The position numbers and the translations under genes are program-made. Under the pieces are notes generated by a model that had not been told where the DNA came from, did no database searches, and saw only the letters and a program-made list of their open reading frames with translations. From Chrysomallon squamiferum (lineage: Eukaryota; Animalia; Mollusca), in assembly GCA_012295275.1 (NCBI GenBank), contig CM022678.1, forward strand, positions 1,860,001 through 1,924,000: a stretch of DNA of 64,000 bases. Reading direction: 5' to 3'. Positions 59,887 through 64,000 of the stretch are shown piece after piece. Positions within the stretch are counted from its first letter, which is position 1. The number at the start of each line of letters is the position of its first letter.

Positions 59887-60347
59887 TAATAACAACAATA
59901 ACAAATTAATAAGGAGAGCTGTATCTTCCTGGTTCAAATGTCGCTGTTTTCGTGTCACTGGATTCAGGTTGATGTTTTGTATTCAGCTTGTTAAAGAAGA
60001 CGAAGACGAAATCCAATACTCGCGAATATTTTACACAACGAAGATTAAATAATACATTTTGTAAATGCCATTATTTATATGTGATAAATAAATAAATCTG
60101 AAATAATGCTTACAATATTAATAATATTGATAATGATAATTGTTCTTGTTCTTGTTTTACAAAAATTAAACACTAAGATTTCTATATATAAAAAAATCCT
60201 TGATCAGGTAAACAATCATTTCTTTCTTTTTAAAATCTGAGACCAACATTTTAAACAGCTTGTGAAAATTGATATGACTTCATACATAACTACAAAAAAC
60301 TTAGTCAGGACCCATTTAATTCAGTCTTGGTAGTTTTAGTAATGTTG

Positions 60348-60460
<113 letters not shown>

Positions 60461-61274
60461 CAACGGTAATAATAATAATAATAACATCAATAATAATAAT
60501 AATAAAAGAACAATAATAATAATAATAACAGTAATAAAAACAATAACAAAATAATAAGCAGAGCTGTATCTTCCTGGTTCAAATGTCGCTGTTTTCGTGT
60601 CACTGGAATCAGGTTGATGTTTTGTATTCAGCTTGTTAAAGAAGACGAAGACGAAATCCAATACTACTGGGTCAAAACCTCGCGAATATTTTACACAATG
60701 AAGATTAAATGTCACCAAACTAGTGTAACGATTTGATTTTATAACGTTGTTGTTACATTTTTAAACACCATCATTATATGTGACGTGTTTGTTAAAACTA
60801 AATAAATGTAAAATAAGGATGATGATGAAGAAGGCGATGCTAAGAATAAAAATAATTATTATTGTTGTTATTGTTGCTGTTTAATACAAATTAAGATTTC
60901 TCTTTTTTATGTATATATATATATATATATGTAAGAACTTCATCAGGTAAACAATCTTTTTTTTCTCTTTAAAATCTGAGACGGACATTTTAAACAGCTT
61001 GTGAAAACTGATATGACTTCAATATCTTTTCTGATACTCTGTCCCCTGCACCCCAGACTATTCTTCTTGTTCAGAGAAATACAGCGTACTGCACGGTTCA
61101 GTGAACGCACGTTTGTTGTTACTTGCTGAAAGCTTACTTTGTGAGACAAAAACGTAAATCAGAATCAAACAAGAAGTCTGTGACATACCAGTCACACCAC
61201 AGTCCATTATCAAAACACCCGTAAATACAAATCTGAGTGATTTTACTTATCTGACGATTACAGAGATTTGGTCA

Positions 61275-61673
61275 ATGGATTTCAGAAAGTTTTCACTCGT
61301 GTTTTTGTTTTGTTTAGCGATGTTTACTAACTGTACAGGTAAGTGTTTTATTTACTTGTGTATACAAATAACTACATAGTTTAATAATCAGAATTTATTT
61401 CAAAATATTGACTATTTCTAATATTTCCTTCATGATTCGAATTTCACTATTTCTGTCTTCTAAATGTTTCTATGTTTTTTCTGACTGTTTTGCTCCTTTC
61501 TCTGTCTCTTTTCACCTCTGTCTATAAACAACAAATACACACATGCACACTTATCTCAAGCAAATATGATTTCTAGAAGCGATTTAAATGTTTCATTTCA
61601 GATTTCAAAAGAAAATAATAAGAAAATAATAATTTTATCATCATCATAATCATCATCATCAACAACAGCTTTA

Positions 61674-61726
<53 letters not shown>

Positions 61727-62588
61727 TTAATAGATTATATCGGCCTAAGAATATGAAGAAATTATTTTAAATTGCTTATTAACTGTTTTTGTAATTTGTA
61801 TAAAGTACATACTATTTGTGGTATGGGTTTATATTGTTTCTAATAAAAAACGTAGCTGAAGAAAAGAACTAGACTGGCTGATTAGAAATGCAGTTGTAGT
61901 CAAGTTTTAACAAAGGGACGGACACCCTCTGTCTCTACCAGGGAGGGTTACCCTCTAAAATTATTACCCTCACCTGTCCCCTACATTGTTTAGTCCTCAC
62001 CACTTACTATTTATGACGTCACATGAAGATAAACTGAAATATTTAAGATCTCAACTGATGTTTTTATGTTGACACAGGTCTCTCAGTACAAATGACATCT
62101 TCGGCGAGTAAAGTTGAAAGAGGACAGCCAGTCACCTTAAACATCACCGTGGAGAACATCGAGAATCCTGATAAATACCTAAACATGTATGTGTATTTGG
62201 TAAGAAATGAAGCGAATGTGCATTTGGTAAGCAATCTACCGTACAGTGACAATAGACTGTTTAATTTTTATCAGTATTCAACAGATTGTTATGTGTATAT
62301 AAACGATGGTTATATGCCACTCATCATAAGCGCATCCTGTGGATCAGGGACGAAGGACACATCTAGAGTTAAAGAATACACAGTTGTCATGACAACCGCT
62401 GCGACGCCTTATTTAACCTCCTTTTATAGCCGGACACATCACGCCGACAGAGAATATTCCACCAACATTATGACTCTTACCACAACACGTACGTACCAAA
62501 TATATATTTTGTAAATAATCACTTTTATTATTTAAATTATTTTAATTTATTTCATTTTATTTTATTTCATTTCATTTTATTTATTTAC

Positions 62589-62619
<31 letters not shown>

Positions 62620-64000
62620 TTATATTATATTTTATTTTATTTTATTTTTTACTTTATTTTAACTGTCCTGATAACCTTTGATAAAACTAAAAGTTATATT
62701 ACACACATAAACACACCCACCCACTAAAACACACACATACATACATACACACACATACATACATACACACACATACATACATACATACATACACATACAT
62801 ACATAATACATACATACACACATACATATATACATACATACACATACATACATAATACATACACACACATACATACATACATACACACATACATACATAC
62901 GCACACAGAAACACACATACATACATAAATAAATACATACATACATACATACACACACATACATACAAACATACACATGCATATACATACACACAGACAC
63001 ACCTATTAAATATAAATTTATGCAGAATTAGCAAAACAGACGTGTAATTATTTAATCCTGATTTCAGACAAAGTCGACTGCTGTGTGTTGTCTGTATCTG
63101 AGGGTGGGGATTTTCTGACGGTGGTTGAGGGAAAGAGATATGACGGTTTTACCTGCAAAGTTGGTGGTGCGAGTCCAGAACCAGAAACAAAACTGAAAAT
63201 GAACGAGACAGATCTGAGAGTTACAACACGAAAATTCGTGACAAGTTCCGAGTTTGGCATAACTCTTTGTAGTCCTCTCAAATATGAAATATTCTCACCA
63301 AAAACTGAGGTTTCCTTCACCTACATTCCTGAGAGAAGTCATCACAACAAGGAGATTTACTGTTCAGCCAGAAACAGTGAAATGAGAACTGACGAAGAAG
63401 TGAAATCTAACAGAATACGTCTAGTTGTTCATTGTGAGTCTAATTAGTAATATATAGGAACACACACATACACACATACCTACAAACACACATAAACACA
63501 TTTATGGATAATTACAGACATATAAAGAGGTCGATGTACATGCTCCAATTGATGAAGTGAATCAGTATTTTAACCGTTGATGGTCCAGTCACTATAGAAA
63601 ATCACTATTTTTACTGTAGATAAACACGTTTCTCAATATAATCATGGTTTTAAATGTTGGAGGTCCAGTCACTAAACAGAAACACTATTTTTGGTCACGT
63701 TTCTAAAGATAATCACCATTTCAAATGTTGTGATCCTATCACTAAACAGAATCCTGTTTTAACTCTAGATGGACCAGTCACTAAAGAGTATCACTATTTT
63801 AGCTGTAGATGGTCTACTTACTAAAGAGAATGACTGTTTTAACTGTTGATGGTCAAGTCACTAAAGAGAATCACTATTTTAACTTTAGATTGTCAAGTCA
63901 CTAAAGAGTATCACTATTTTAACTGTAGATGATCCAGTCACTAAAGATAATCACTATTTTTACTATAGATGGTCCAGTTGATGAACAGACATCACTGAAG
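61275..64000 (+). CDS. Ig-superfamily receptor copy F (runs off the window end)
   Basis: Exons 61275-61338 (SP), 62078-62488 (D1, 411 nt, FYS instead of FYC), 63068-63433 (Ig2) and 63969->64000 (start of Ig3); open so far. Confidence 0.82.
63560..63968 (+). repeat. 40-bp splice-acceptor tandem array, copy F intron 3 (~10 units)
   Basis: Same unit as in copies A, B, D and E, ending at the acceptor at 63968. Confidence 0.85.

Overview
AT-rich, microsatellite-dense, intron-containing eukaryotic DNA; the repeat content and gene families suggest an invertebrate, plausibly a mollusc (inference). Three gene systems are visible. (1) A minus-strand TRIM-like RING/B-box gene (~1.8-3.6 kb) with a frame break between the RING and the first B-box. 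(2) A complete 7-coding-exon plus-strand CHST15/GalNAc4S-6ST-like Golgi sulfotransferase (22586-26669), with duplicated fragments near 35 kb and 45 kb. (3) The main feature, a tandem and inverted cluster (28-64 kb) of six copies (A-F) of an 8-exon type-I membrane receptor. Its layout is signal peptide, a hypervariable atypical Ig-like domain 1, two conserved Ig domains, a TM helix, and a micro-exon tail with IY(E/D/V)N and YEDL motifs. Each fully visible copy is altered in a different module: A frameshifted, B without TM, C internally deleted, D and E with independently truncated tails. The intron before the third Ig exon is a 40-bp tandem array of that exon's own splice acceptor. Also present are a Tigger/pogo-like element, a LINE-like fragment, minisatellites and AT-rich palindromes. 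Exon boundaries and identity counts were read by eye; no database search was run.
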